Positions 55,963-64,000 of a DNA stretch of 64,000 bases are shown piece after piece. The notes beneath the pieces are model-generated. The model was not told the DNA's origin, did no database searches, and saw only the letters and a list, made by a program, of their open reading frames with translations. The position numbers and the translations under genes were made by a program. The stretch is from Anaerolineae bacterium (GTDB lineage Bacteria > Chloroflexota > Anaerolineae > CG2-30-64-16), in NCBI GenBank assembly GCA_040772005.1, contig JAXGYZ010000003.1:130131-194130 (forward strand). Reading direction: 5' to 3'. The first letter of the stretch is position 1, and each line of letters starts with the position of its first letter.

Positions 55963-57351
55963 ATGGGCAAGGCAGTGAAGATCGGCATCATCGGCGCAGG
56001 CAGCGCGCAGTTCTCGCTCGGCCTGGTGAAGGACATCTGCCTGACGGAGAGCCTGCGGGGCAGCCACATCACTTTCATGGACATCGACCAGGACCGGCTG
56101 GACATCATCCACAAGCTGGGCACGAAGTATGCAGGCCAGCTCGGCGCGGACCTGACCTTCGAGGCGACAATGGACCGTGCGGCTGCACTGCAGGACGCGG
56201 ACTTCGTAGTCAACACCGCGTATGTGCTGGGCCACATCGTCGAGGCCCAGATGCGCAACCTGGCCGGCGAGAAGTACGGCTACTACCACTCCGGCGGCAG
56301 CTTCGGCTCGTACCACCAGCTCCAACTGATGCTCGACGTGGCGCGCGATATGGAGCGCATCTGCCCCGACGCCTGGCTGATCCAGTCGGGCAACCCGGTG
56401 TTCGACGGCTGCACCCTCATGACCCGCGAGACCGGCATCAAGGTCTGTGGCTTGTGTCACGGCCATTACGGGTACGAGGAAATCGCCCGCACCATCGGCA
56501 TCGATCCGGCGAAGGTCACGTGGCAGGCGCCCGGCGTCAACCACAACATCTGGCTGACCCACTTTATCTACGACGGTCAGGACGCCTACCCGCTGATCGA
56601 CGAGTGGATTGCGACAAAGGGCGAGGAATACTGGCGCACGCACGTCGCGCAGCGCACCCACGACGCGCAGATGTCGCGCGGCGCGGTCCACCAGTACCAC
56701 ATGTTCGGGCTGTTCCCCATCGGCGACACCGTGCGCCACCGTTCCTGGTGGTGGTATCACACCGACATCGACACCAAGAAACGCTGGTTCGGGGAGCCGT
56801 GGGGCGGGCCGGACACGCACCTGGCGCGGCCCTACTTCGTCAAGCAGCTCGAGGAGCGTATCAAGGAGTACCACCGCTGGGCAGTCGACCCCCAGGCGGA
56901 CCTGACGCAGCTCGTCGGCACGCAGCGGACCCACGAGCAGCAGGTGCCGATCATGGACGGGCTGACCAACAACAACGCGGGCTATTTCCAGGTCAACGTG
57001 CCCAACAACGGCGCGCTGCCGGGCATCCCGGACAACGTCGTGGTCGAGGTGCCCGCGATCGTGGACCAGCGCGGCATCCAGCCGCTGCGGATGAAGCCGC
57101 TGCCGCCGAAGATCATGCTTGAATGCATCCTGCCCGACTGGCTGGATATGGAGCGCGAGCTGCTCGCCTTCAAGACCGGCGACCGATCCATGCAGTTGTT
57201 CGACGTGTTGGGCAACCACCAGACGCGCAACTACGATGCGGCCCAGGCGCTGCTGGAAGAGCTGATCCACCTGGCGGAGGTCGCGGAGGTCGAGGACTGG
57301 GAGCAGATGGCGCGGGTGCAGGATCGTTACCGCTATCCCATGCCGCTGTGA
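55963..57351 (+). CDS. Glycoside hydrolase family 4 (NAD+/Mn2+-dependent). Likely alpha-galacturonidase (LplD-like) or alpha-glucosidase
   Basis: N-terminal Rossmann motif KIGIIGAGSAQF, conserved GH4 Cys/His region (CHGHYG), and length 462 aa. RBS GGGAGG. Confidence 0.8.
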   Translation: MGKAVKIGIIGAGSAQFSLGLVKDICLTESLRGSHITFMDIDQDRLDIIHKLGTKYAGQLGADLTFEATMDRAAALQDADFVVNTAYVLGHIVEAQMRNLAGEKYGYYHSGGSFGSYHQLQLMLDVARDMERICPDAWLIQSGNPVFDGCTLMTRETGIKVCGLCHGHYGYEEIARTIGIDPAKVTWQAPGVNHNIWLTHFIYDGQDAYPLIDEWIATKGEEYWRTHVAQRTHDAQMSRGAVHQYHMFGLFPIGDTVRHRSWWWYHTDIDTKKRWFGEPWGGPDTHLARPYFVKQLEERIKEYHRWAVDPQADLTQLVGTQRTHEQQVPIMDGLTNNNAGYFQVNVPNNGALPGIPDNVVVEVPAIVDQRGIQPLRMKPLPPKIMLECILPDWLDMERELLAFKTGDRSMQLFDVLGNHQTRNYDAAQALLEELIHLAEVAEVEDWEQMARVQDRYRYPMPL

Positions 57352-57362
57352 GATGGGCCATC

Positions 57363-57491
57363 CAGGCATCCTGAGCGGCGGCCTGGCAGGGCTGAAGTCG
57401 AAGGATGTGTGCATCCGCTGTGTCTGGCGCAGGCATCCTGAGCGGAGCGACCGGCCAAGCATAGCTTGGCTGGGGAGCGAAGTCGAAGGAT
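57363..57491. repeat. Imperfect tandem duplication (two units each beginning CAGGCATCCTGAGCGG and ending GAAGTCGAAGGAT) upstream of the HAD hydrolase gene
   Basis: Unit 1 is 57363-57406. Unit 2 is 57430-57491 and contains an internal GCCAAGC-ATA-GCTTGGC palindrome. Confidence 0.45.
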
Positions 57492-57510
57492 ACGGCCCGT
57501 GAGAGGTGCG

Positions 57511-58038
57511 ATGCGATTACGCGCGCTGCTGTTCGACCTCGGTGACACGATCATGGTCGAGGAAACCGAGGTCAAGGATCCGGACGAAACCACGCTGCGG
57601 GCCGAACTGGTGCCCGGCATGGCGGAGGTCCTGCACGCGCTCCGAGCTGACGGTCACCGGCTCGCGCTGGTGGCCGACAGCCGGCCGGAGACCCCGCCGA
57701 ACGTGCTCCGCCAGCACGGGCTGTGCGCCCTGTTCGAGTACCTGGCTATCTCGGAAATCATCGGCGCGACCAAGCCGGACCCGCGCATCTTCCGCGCGGC
57801 GCTCGACGCGCTGGGCATCCCGAAGGCGGACTACGGCCGGGTGGTCATGGTGGGCAACAACCTGGAGCGCGACGTCGCCGGGGCCAACCGGCTCGGCCTG
57901 ATCCCGGTGTTCTATCATCTCAACGAACGGCGGCGCACGCAGCCGCTCACGCCCGACGAGATGCCGCAGTACACGGTCACGACTCCAGGGGAACTGTACG
58001 ACCTGGTGCGGCGGCTGGAGAAGGAGCCTGCAACATGA
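57511..58038 (+). CDS. HAD-superfamily hydrolase (subfamily IA-like phosphatase)
   Basis: Motif I DLGDT at the N-terminus (ALLFDLGDTIM), and motifs III/IV (…VMVGNNLERDV…). 175 aa after trimming to ATG 57511. Confidence 0.7.
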   Translation: MRLRALLFDLGDTIMVEETEVKDPDETTLRAELVPGMAEVLHALRADGHRLALVADSRPETPPNVLRQHGLCALFEYLAISEIIGATKPDPRIFRAALDALGIPKADYGRVVMVGNNLERDVAGANRLGLIPVFYHLNERRRTQPLTPDEMPQYTVTTPGELYDLVRRLEKEPAT

Positions 58039-58349
58039 GCTTTGTGATACGCCAGACGAAGGGCATCGACAAGTGCCTGGCCGAGGCGGGGCTGGACCCC
58101 GAGCGGCTGCGCATGCACGTCTCGGAGATCGCGCCGGGCACGCGCGCCCACGCGCCGCACGTGCATGACGCGGTCGAGGCGTTCTACGTGCTGGAAGGGC
58201 AGGGCACGATCGAGGTCGGGGACGAACGATATGCGGTCGGCCCGAACGAGGTCGTCATCCTCGATGCGCGCGTCCCGCACGGCCTGGAGAACACCGGCAC
58301 GACGCCCATGCGCTATCTGGTTGTCATAACGGCGAATCTGCCTTCGTAG
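58035..58349 (+). CDS. Small cupin protein (KdgF-like), second copy
   Basis: 104 aa. RBS AAGGAG. ATGA overlap with the HAD gene. Cupin motifs (HVHDAVEAFYVLEGQG...PHGLEN). Confidence 0.6.
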   Translation: MSFVIRQTKGIDKCLAEAGLDPERLRMHVSEIAPGTRAHAPHVHDAVEAFYVLEGQGTIEVGDERYAVGPNEVVILDARVPHGLENTGTTPMRYLVVITANLPS

Positions 58350-58381
58350 CGGACTTTCCGACCGCCGAGCGGAGGTGGAAC

Positions 58382-59497
58382 GTGCGACCTTTAGCAGACG
58401 ATGTGCCCGCCGATAGCGCGCTCTGGTCGGTGCGCATGGCCGATGCCACGCTGGCGCGCTACCCTGTCTCCCGCATGCGCTGGCACTACGAGGACGGTTT
58501 CCTCATGCACGCGGTCGCGCAGGTGGCGCAGCGGACGGGGCAGCCGTGCTATGGGCAGGCGGTCAGGGAGTACGTGGACCGTTTCGTGCAAGGCGACGGC
58601 AGCATCGCGACTTACTGGCTGGCAGACTACAACCTCGACCAGATTGCGCCCGGCCGGCTGCTCTTCCCGCTGCACGAGGCCGGCGGCGACGCGCGTTTCG
58701 GGCAGGCGATTGCGCTCCTGCGCGAGCAGCTTGCGCGGCAGCCTCGCACGCGCGCGGGCGGCTTCTGGCACAAGCTCATCTATCCGTACCAGATGTGGCT
58801 CGACGGCATCTACATGGCCGGGCCGTTCTATGCGCAGTATGCGGCCGCCTTCGGAGACGTTGCGGCCTTCGATGACGCGGTCCACCAGATCGTGACGCTG
58901 GAGCAGCATGCGCGCGATCCCGAGACGGGTCTGCTGTATCACGCGTGGGATGAGAGCTGCCAGCAGCGTTGGGCCGCGCCGGGGACGGGCTGTTCGCCGC
59001 ACTTCTGGGGCCGCGCGATCGGCTGGTTCGGGATGGGCATCGTGGAGGTGCTGGACGTACTGCCGCCTGACCACCCGCAACGGCCCGTGCTGATCGGCAT
59101 CCTCCAGCGCGCACTCGCCGCGGTGTACGCGGTGCGGGACCCCGACTGCGGCTTGTGGCGGCAGGTGCTGGACCAGGGCGGCCGGGCCGGCAATTACCTG
59201 GAGGCCTCGGCCGCGTGCATGTACATCTACACGATGGCGAAGGGCGTCCGCCAGGGCTACCTGCCTGCCGACTGGCTGGCCGTGGCCCGCGTGAGCTTCG
59301 ACCAGGTGCTCGCGCACTTCATCCATGTGGACCCGGCCGGCCACGTCAGCCTGCACTGGACGTGCGGCGCGGCGGGGCTGGGCGGCACGCCATATCGCGA
59401 TGGCAGCTACGAGTACTACGTGACCGAACGAGTGGTGACGAACGATCCCAAGGGCATCGCGGCCTTCATCCTGGCCGCGCTGGAACTGGGACGCTGA
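58382..59497 (+). CDS. Glycoside hydrolase family 105/88 unsaturated uronyl hydrolase (unsaturated rhamnogalacturonyl/galacturonyl hydrolase, YteR/YesR-like)
   Basis: 371 aa. The alpha6/alpha6 barrel carries conserved blocks (WHYEDGF, QMWLDGIYM, HAWDES, the WGRAIGW motif). GTG start with RBS GGAGGTGG. Confidence 0.8.
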   Translation: MRPLADDVPADSALWSVRMADATLARYPVSRMRWHYEDGFLMHAVAQVAQRTGQPCYGQAVREYVDRFVQGDGSIATYWLADYNLDQIAPGRLLFPLHEAGGDARFGQAIALLREQLARQPRTRAGGFWHKLIYPYQMWLDGIYMAGPFYAQYAAAFGDVAAFDDAVHQIVTLEQHARDPETGLLYHAWDESCQQRWAAPGTGCSPHFWGRAIGWFGMGIVEVLDVLPPDHPQRPVLIGILQRALAAVYAVRDPDCGLWRQVLDQGGRAGNYLEASAACMYIYTMAKGVRQGYLPADWLAVARVSFDQVLAHFIHVDPAGHVSLHWTCGAAGLGGTPYRDGSYEYYVTERVVTNDPKGIAAFILAALELGR

Positions 59498-59518
59498 AAC
59501 GACATCGAGGAGGCAACA

Positions 59519-60333
59519 TGACCTATTTTACAGCCGTGCCCGCGCATGAGGGCATCAACCATCTGCCGGCGAACCCGTGCAAGCTGCTGGACTTCCAGTT
59601 GCTGATCCTGCCGGCCGGGCAGAGCTACAGCGCCGCAACCGGCGACCGCGAGGTGCTGGCGGTCATTCTCGGCGGCAAGGGCACGTTCCGAGTCGGGGGC
59701 CAGGAGTTTGCCAATGTCGGCGGCCGGCCCAACGTCTTTGCGGGCAAGCCGCACGCGGTCTACATGCCGTGCGGCGCGGACTTCACCGTCACTGCGCAGG
59801 GCCGGCTGGAGGTGGGGCTTTGCAGTGCGCCCAGCGAGCTGGCGACTGCACCCTATGTCATCAGCCCGGAGCAGGTCACGAGCGGGATGTGGGGCGCGGC
59901 AAACTTCTCGCGCAATTTCCATCAGATTCTCACGCTGGCGGGCCAGCCCAACCTTCCAGCGCGGCGGCTCATCGTGGGCGAGACCTACACCCCGTCGGGC
60001 AACTGGAGCACCTATCCGCCGCACAAGCACGAGGTCGATGACCTGCCGCGCGAGGCGTATCACGAGGAGATGTACTTCTTCAAGGTGACGCCGGCGGACG
60101 GGTTCGGCATGGTGCGCTACTACAACGACGAGGTCGACACGGGCTACATCGTCAAGGACAACACCATCCTGATGGCCCCGAACGGCTATCACACGACCAA
60201 CAGCGCGCCCGGCTACCAGAGCTACTTCCTCTGGATGCTGGCGGGCAACCAGCGCGTGCAGGCGACGGTGGACGATCCTGCGCTGGGCTGGGTCTCGCGC
60301 ACAGTGCCGATGCTGAAGGCGTTGGGGCACTAA
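59519..60333 (+). CDS. KduI/IolB-family cupin isomerase (5-dehydro-4-deoxy-D-glucuronate isomerase-like)
   Basis: 271 aa. A bicupin with the family motif NWS(T/S)YPPHKH(E/D)VDD and a second HxH-type site. Its position beside kduD favours a KduI-like role, although the motif is closest to IolB. Confidence 0.7.
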
Positions 60334-60368
60334 ACCGATTCTGGAATGAGTACCGCGGTCAGAACTGA

Positions 60369-60422
60369 GACAGGATTGACAGGATTGACGGGATTACTCC
60401 TGTAAATCCTGTCAATCCTGTC
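60369..60422. repeat. ACAGGATT repeat hairpin (GACAGGATTGACAGGATTGAC...ATCCTGTCAATCCTGTC), copy 2
   Basis: A perfect 17-bp inverted repeat of two tandem ACAGGATTG units, 36 nt after the KduI-like stop. Confidence 0.6.
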
Positions 60423-60473
60423 CAGAGTCGCCTCTGGTTTTCACATTGAACTGAGTATAGGGGTGACGCTCGC

Positions 60474-60561
60474 GGAGTCGAGGCTCTAGCCGGTGGGCGT
60501 GCCTGCACGCCTGGGGCATGTACCCACACAACCCAACCTAACCGGCTGAAGCCTCGACTCC
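60474..60561. repeat. Long-hairpin repeat family 2, complete copy (GGAGTCGAGGCTCTAGCCGGT ... ACCGGCTGAAGCCTCGACTCC)
   Basis: 21-bp inverted arms (one mismatch region) with a ~46-nt loop, upstream of kduD. Confidence 0.6.
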
Positions 60562-60610
60562 AGTCTGCCGCATGGCGGTTGATCTGGCATCGCCAGAGGG
60601 GTGAGGAAAC

Positions 60611-61375
60611 ATGCAAGATCTCTTTCGGCTCGATGGCCGCGTCGCGCTGGTGACGGGCGCATCGCAGGGGTTGGGGCAGGGGATGGCGCTGGCGCTCGCC
60701 AGGGCGGGGGCGGACATCGCCGGGCTGGACCGCTGCACCAGCGACGCGACGGCAGAACAGGTGCAGGCAGTGGGCCGCCGCTACATGCAGGTCTGCTGCG
60801 ACCTGCTGGACGCGTCCGTCGCGGACCTGCAGGCCGTCGTCGGCCAGGTCGTGGCCGAGCTGGGGCGGCTGGATATCCTGGTCAATAACGCGGGCATCAT
60901 CCGCCGCGGCCCCGCGCTGGATTTCAGCGAGGCCGACTGGGACGATGTGCTGCAAATCAACCTGAAGGCGGTCTTTTTCCTCGCGCAGGCCGCCGCGCGT
61001 GCGATGGTGGCCCAGGGCTCGGGCGGGAAGATCATCAACATTGCGTCGATGCTCTCGTTCCAGGGCGGCATCAACGTCGTGTCCTACACCGCGGCCAAGA
61101 GCGGCGTGGCGGGGGTGACGCACGCGCTCGCCAACGAATGGGCGAAGCACGGCATCAACGTCAACGCGATCGCGCCGGGCTACATGGCGACGGACAACAC
61201 CGCGCCGCTGCGCGCCGACCCGGTGCGCACTGCGGCCATCCTGGAGCGCATCCCGCTGGGGCGCTGGGGCACCCCGGCTGACCTGGACGGCGTGGTGGTG
61301 TTCCTGGCGTCGGCCGCGTCGGACTATATGTGCGGTGCGATCGTACCTGTGGACGGCGGCTGGCTGGCGCGGTAG
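60611..61375 (+). CDS. kduD: 2-dehydro-3-deoxy-D-gluconate 5-dehydrogenase (KduD, SDR family)
   Basis: 254 aa. TGASQGLGQGMALALA and the catalytic YxxxK (YTAAKSGVAG) closely parallel E. coli KduD (VTGCDTGLGQGMALGLA). Confidence 0.8.
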   Translation: MQDLFRLDGRVALVTGASQGLGQGMALALARAGADIAGLDRCTSDATAEQVQAVGRRYMQVCCDLLDASVADLQAVVGQVVAELGRLDILVNNAGIIRRGPALDFSEADWDDVLQINLKAVFFLAQAAARAMVAQGSGGKIINIASMLSFQGGINVVSYTAAKSGVAGVTHALANEWAKHGINVNAIAPGYMATDNTAPLRADPVRTAAILERIPLGRWGTPADLDGVVVFLASAASDYMCGAIVPVDGGWLAR

Positions 61376-61420
61376 GAATCGGCGCGATAGCGGGCAGCCG
61401 ACCGGCTGCTATTCGCCCGT

Positions 61421-61846
61421 TCAGCCACAGGGTGCGGCGGCGCGGCGCGCGGTCTCCAGTTCCGGGTCATCCACGGTCCACGCACCGTTGAAGACGCCGA
61501 AGACGCGGCCATCCACCGAGAAGCCCCTGACCGGTGTCCACGTAAACCCCTGGCGCGCGAGCTTGATGTCCGCGGTGTAGACCGTATCGGCGGGCGCGGG
61601 GGACACTGTACCGTAGTCGGGGTCAGCCGCAAAGCGTGCGACCACCCGCACGGTGGCGGCAGCCGGGCCCCGCCGCGTGACCGAGAGTCGTACGTCGCGC
61701 GGGGCGCGCTGGCCAGGGTAGGCCGCGGCCAGGTAGCCGCCGACCGTACGGACAGGCGCAAGATAGCAGAGCCAGCCCGCACCCACCACCAGCGCCAGCG
61801 CGGCCGCCAGGCCCAACAACAAACCGCCCCTGTGCCAATGGTGCAT
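61421..61846 (-). CDS. Hypothetical membrane-anchored protein
   Basis: ORF 61421..62104 trimmed to ATG 61844-61846 (MHHWHRGGLLLGLAAALALVVGAGWLCYL...), one N-terminal TM, 141 aa. The 5' extension overlaps the next gene. Confidence 0.4.
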   Translation of the reverse strand: MHHWHRGGLLLGLAAALALVVGAGWLCYLAPVRTVGGYLAAAYPGQRAPRDVRLSVTRRGPAAATVRVVARFAADPDYGTVSPAPADTVYTADIKLARQGFTWTPVRGFSVDGRVFGVFNGAWTVDDPELETARRAAAPCG

Positions 61847-61878
61847 GGGAAGGCTGTGTGTAGAGGCCGTGCCAGGCT

Positions 61879-63018
61879 TTACCGGATATCGGGTGTGGGA
61901 TAACACCCGTAACGCTCCACCAGTTCGACCACCCGCGCGACGCGGCGGCGCTGGCCGTCCGGCGGCACCTGGTCGGCGACGCCCAGGACAAACCGTGGCT
62001 CGGTCACCATGAGCGCCAGCATCTCGCGGACATGGCGCTCGAACTCCTCGTCGCTGATGAGGTCGGTGAAGTAGATGCCCGGCAGCCCACCCCACAGGAT
62101 GCATGGCGGCACGCCGGGCTCCTGCACCGGCTCCACCCGCTCGACCATCTCAGCCAGCGTGATGTCGCCGACGGGCTTCGGCGTCACGGCCTCGATGACG
62201 CGGAAGCCCGTGCTTGCCAGCTCGCGAATCAGCCCTCGCGTCGTGCCGTCCAGGTGGACGAACGAGAACTTGCCCGCCTCGCGGATGCGCCGGTTCCACT
62301 TCTCCTCGTAGCCGCGCACGTAACGCTCGAAGAACCGCTTACCCACCACCTCGGAGGACAGATTCTCAGGGATCATCAGGCACTCGGCGGGTGAGGCGAG
62401 CGCAATTTCCGCGGCCTCGTTCGATTTCTGCTCGATCAGCGCCAGCGTCGCCTCGAACTCGTCGCGCGCGTCCATGTACAGGCCGATGACACTCTCGATG
62501 CCGGCCAACAGCACGGTCATTTGCATGAACGGGGTCTTGGGCAGGTAACACAGCACGACGCCGAGGTCCTGCACTAGCGGGTGCCGCCGCGCGGCTTCCG
62601 CATAATCCGGCTCGAAGGTCGCATGCTCGAAGATGTAGCACAGGACGGCCAGGTCCTCCCGCGTCTTGACGAGCCGCTGCGTGTAGGCGTGCGTGTACGA
62701 TTCCGGCAGGTAGACTTGCACCTCCGTGATCGAGCCGGCCGGCGTGTGATACGTCCGCCGGAATTCACGGCCCTCATGCTGCTCTTCGATCCGCACGGAG
62801 CCGTCCAGCACGCGACGGAACGGCTCGTAGCCCTGGAGGTAAAAGCCGACGCCCAGCTCGCGGTGCCAGTCGTAGTACGCGGGACTGCGTTGGAAGCCGG
62901 GCGGCACTTCCCCGCGCACCTCCAGTGCGTGCGCCCAGTAGGTCAGGTCGCCCAGCCATGGCACGCGGTCCGGAGTGCGCCCCTGCAGGATGGTGAGGAC
63001 TCGTTCGCGGTCGTTCAT
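61879..63018 (-). CDS. Uroporphyrinogen decarboxylase (URO-D)/MtaA-like family protein, second paralog
   Basis: ORF trimmed to ATG 63016-63018 (MNDRERVLTILQGRTPDRVPWLGDLTYW...), a typical URO-D-family N-terminus. 379 aa. Immediately downstream of sugar ABC permease genes. Confidence 0.55.
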   Translation of the reverse strand: MNDRERVLTILQGRTPDRVPWLGDLTYWAHALEVRGEVPPGFQRSPAYYDWHRELGVGFYLQGYEPFRRVLDGSVRIEEQHEGREFRRTYHTPAGSITEVQVYLPESYTHAYTQRLVKTREDLAVLCYIFEHATFEPDYAEAARRHPLVQDLGVVLCYLPKTPFMQMTVLLAGIESVIGLYMDARDEFEATLALIEQKSNEAAEIALASPAECLMIPENLSSEVVGKRFFERYVRGYEEKWNRRIREAGKFSFVHLDGTTRGLIRELASTGFRVIEAVTPKPVGDITLAEMVERVEPVQEPGVPPCILWGGLPGIYFTDLISDEEFERHVREMLALMVTEPRFVLGVADQVPPDGQRRRVARVVELVERYGCYPTPDIR

Positions 63019-63026
63019 GCGCACCC

Positions 63027-63923
63027 TTACGCTTTCATGCCTGTGAGCGCGATGCCCTGGATGAAGTACTTCTGGGTCAGGAAGAAGACGACTAGGATGG
63101 GCGTGATCATCATCGTCGAGGCGGCCATCAGCAGGCCCCACATCGTGCGACGCTCGAACATGAACGCCTGCAGGCCCAGCGACAGGGTGTAGTTCTGCCG
63201 GTTGTTCAGGAAGATCAGCGGGCCGGTGAAGTCGTTCCAGGCGGCCATAAAGCTGAAGATGGCGACGGTCGCCAAGGCGGGCTTGGCCAGCGGCAGGATA
63301 ATTGTCCACCAGATGTTCAGGCGGTTGGCCCCGTCCACAATCGCGGCCTCTTCGAGTTCCATCGGGATCGTCATGAAGAACTGGCGCAGCATGAAGATGT
63401 AGAATGGCGAGCCGAGCAGCGCCGGCACGGTCAACGGCAGGAATGTGTCGATCCAGTTGATCTTGGCGAACAGGATGTAGAGCGGGACGAGCGTCACGAT
63501 GCTCGGGATCATCATCTGGCTGACCATGACCATGAAGATCGTGTCGCGGCCCGGCGCACGCACGCGCGAAAAGCCGTACGCGGCTAGCGAACAGGTGACG
63601 ACCGCGCCGAAAACCTGCGCGCTCGCGATGACCATCGTGTTAAGGAAGTACTTGTGCAGGGGCGCGTAGATGAAGACCGCCGGGTAGTTATCCCAGATCA
63701 TCGGATTCGGGATCCAGACGGGCGGCCAAGCGAAGATCTGCCGGTCGGCTTTGAGCGACGTACTGACCATCCAGATGAAAGGCAGCGCGAACACGGCCGC
63801 ACCGACAAGCAGCACGCCGTGGACGCCGAAGCGCCCGAACAACCAGCGAATCCGCTTGGCCCACGTCGTCCCATAATGGACCATCCTATCGCCCTGGCTG
63901 GACGTTTGAGGAGTGACAGTCAT
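63027..63923 (-). CDS. Carbohydrate ABC transporter permease (CUT1 family, MalG/UgpE-like)
   Basis: 298 aa, 6 TM, with the EAA-loop region (…AAIVDGANRLNIWWTIILPLAKPAL…). Strong RBS GGAGG 7 nt upstream of ATG 63921-63923. Confidence 0.8.
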   Translation of the reverse strand: MTVTPQTSSQGDRMVHYGTTWAKRIRWLFGRFGVHGVLLVGAAVFALPFIWMVSTSLKADRQIFAWPPVWIPNPMIWDNYPAVFIYAPLHKYFLNTMVIASAQVFGAVVTCSLAAYGFSRVRAPGRDTIFMVMVSQMMIPSIVTLVPLYILFAKINWIDTFLPLTVPALLGSPFYIFMLRQFFMTIPMELEEAAIVDGANRLNIWWTIILPLAKPALATVAIFSFMAAWNDFTGPLIFLNNRQNYTLSLGLQAFMFERRTMWGLLMAASTMMITPILVVFFLTQKYFIQGIALTGMKA

Positions 63924-63926
63924 CGG

Positions 63927-64000
63927 TTACCTCCGCTCCGCTTCGTAGTAGACCCATCGGTTCGCCAGCCTAAACTGCGCGATGGTCAACGCCAGCACGA
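63927..64000 (-). CDS. 3' end of an upstream ABC sugar permease gene (MalF/UgpA-like), partial
   Basis: Minus-strand frame reads ...VLALTIAQFRLANRWVYYEAERR* with stop at 63927-63929, 3 nt before the next gene's RBS. The gene runs off the window. Confidence 0.4.
   Translation of the reverse strand, partial: VLALTIAQFRLANRWVYYEAERR

Noticed and set aside
59519-60333. Calling the isomerase strictly KduI
   Set aside because: The diagnostic block NWSTYPPHKHEVDD is closer to IolB-type 5-deoxyglucuronate isomerases than to enterobacterial KduI, so only family-level assignment (KduI/IolB cupin isomerase) is given, although the genomic context favours a KduI-like role.

Overview
High-GC (~68-70%) bacterial chromosomal window, densely coding, with long spurious antisense ORFs in the six-frame track typical of high-GC DNA. 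Gene content (Opp/Dpp-family transporters embedded in a sugar locus, B12-radical SAM, cyclic glucan synthase) suggests a Chloroflexota-like organism, but this is only a guess. From 5' to 3':

1. Two tandem Mrp-type multisubunit cation/proton antiporter clusters on the minus strand (1-8875).
2. A phytoene-desaturase-family oxidoreductase.
3. A 173-bp MITE with 9-bp target-site duplications, and a secreted alpha/beta-hydrolase lipoprotein.
4. A giant (2905 aa) cyclic beta-1,2-glucan synthase, translationally coupled (ATGA overlap) to an upstream tandem-Usp protein.
5. A GAF histidine kinase and a 2xREC-LuxR response regulator immediately downstream of an amtB-glnK pair, then Hsp33 and glnA. Together these form a nitrogen-assimilation cluster with shared palindromic motifs upstream of glnA and amtB.
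6. An enolase-superfamily dehydratase, an ABC-2 exporter, a triple-META-domain lipoprotein, and a second MITE copy with an orphan gene flanked by three repeat families.
7. From ~37.4 kb to the window end, a pectin/oligogalacturonide utilisation locus:
   - ogl (PL22) with a KdgF-like cupin.
   - A large soluble hybrid sensor kinase with an N-terminal LacI-type sugar-binding domain, two REC domains and an AraC output domain.
   - An Opp/Dpp-family ABC transporter.
   - A B12-binding radical SAM protein, an 857-aa unknown protein and two URO-D/MtaA-like paralogs.
   - GH4, HAD, a second cupin, GH105, a KduI/IolB-family isomerase, KduD, and CUT1 sugar-permease genes.

At least five distinct short repeat families (MITE, long hairpin, REP-like G/C palindrome, 7-8 bp tandem repeats, 27-bp perfect palindrome) are scattered at gene junctions. 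I found no rRNA, tRNA, CRISPR array or transposase gene.
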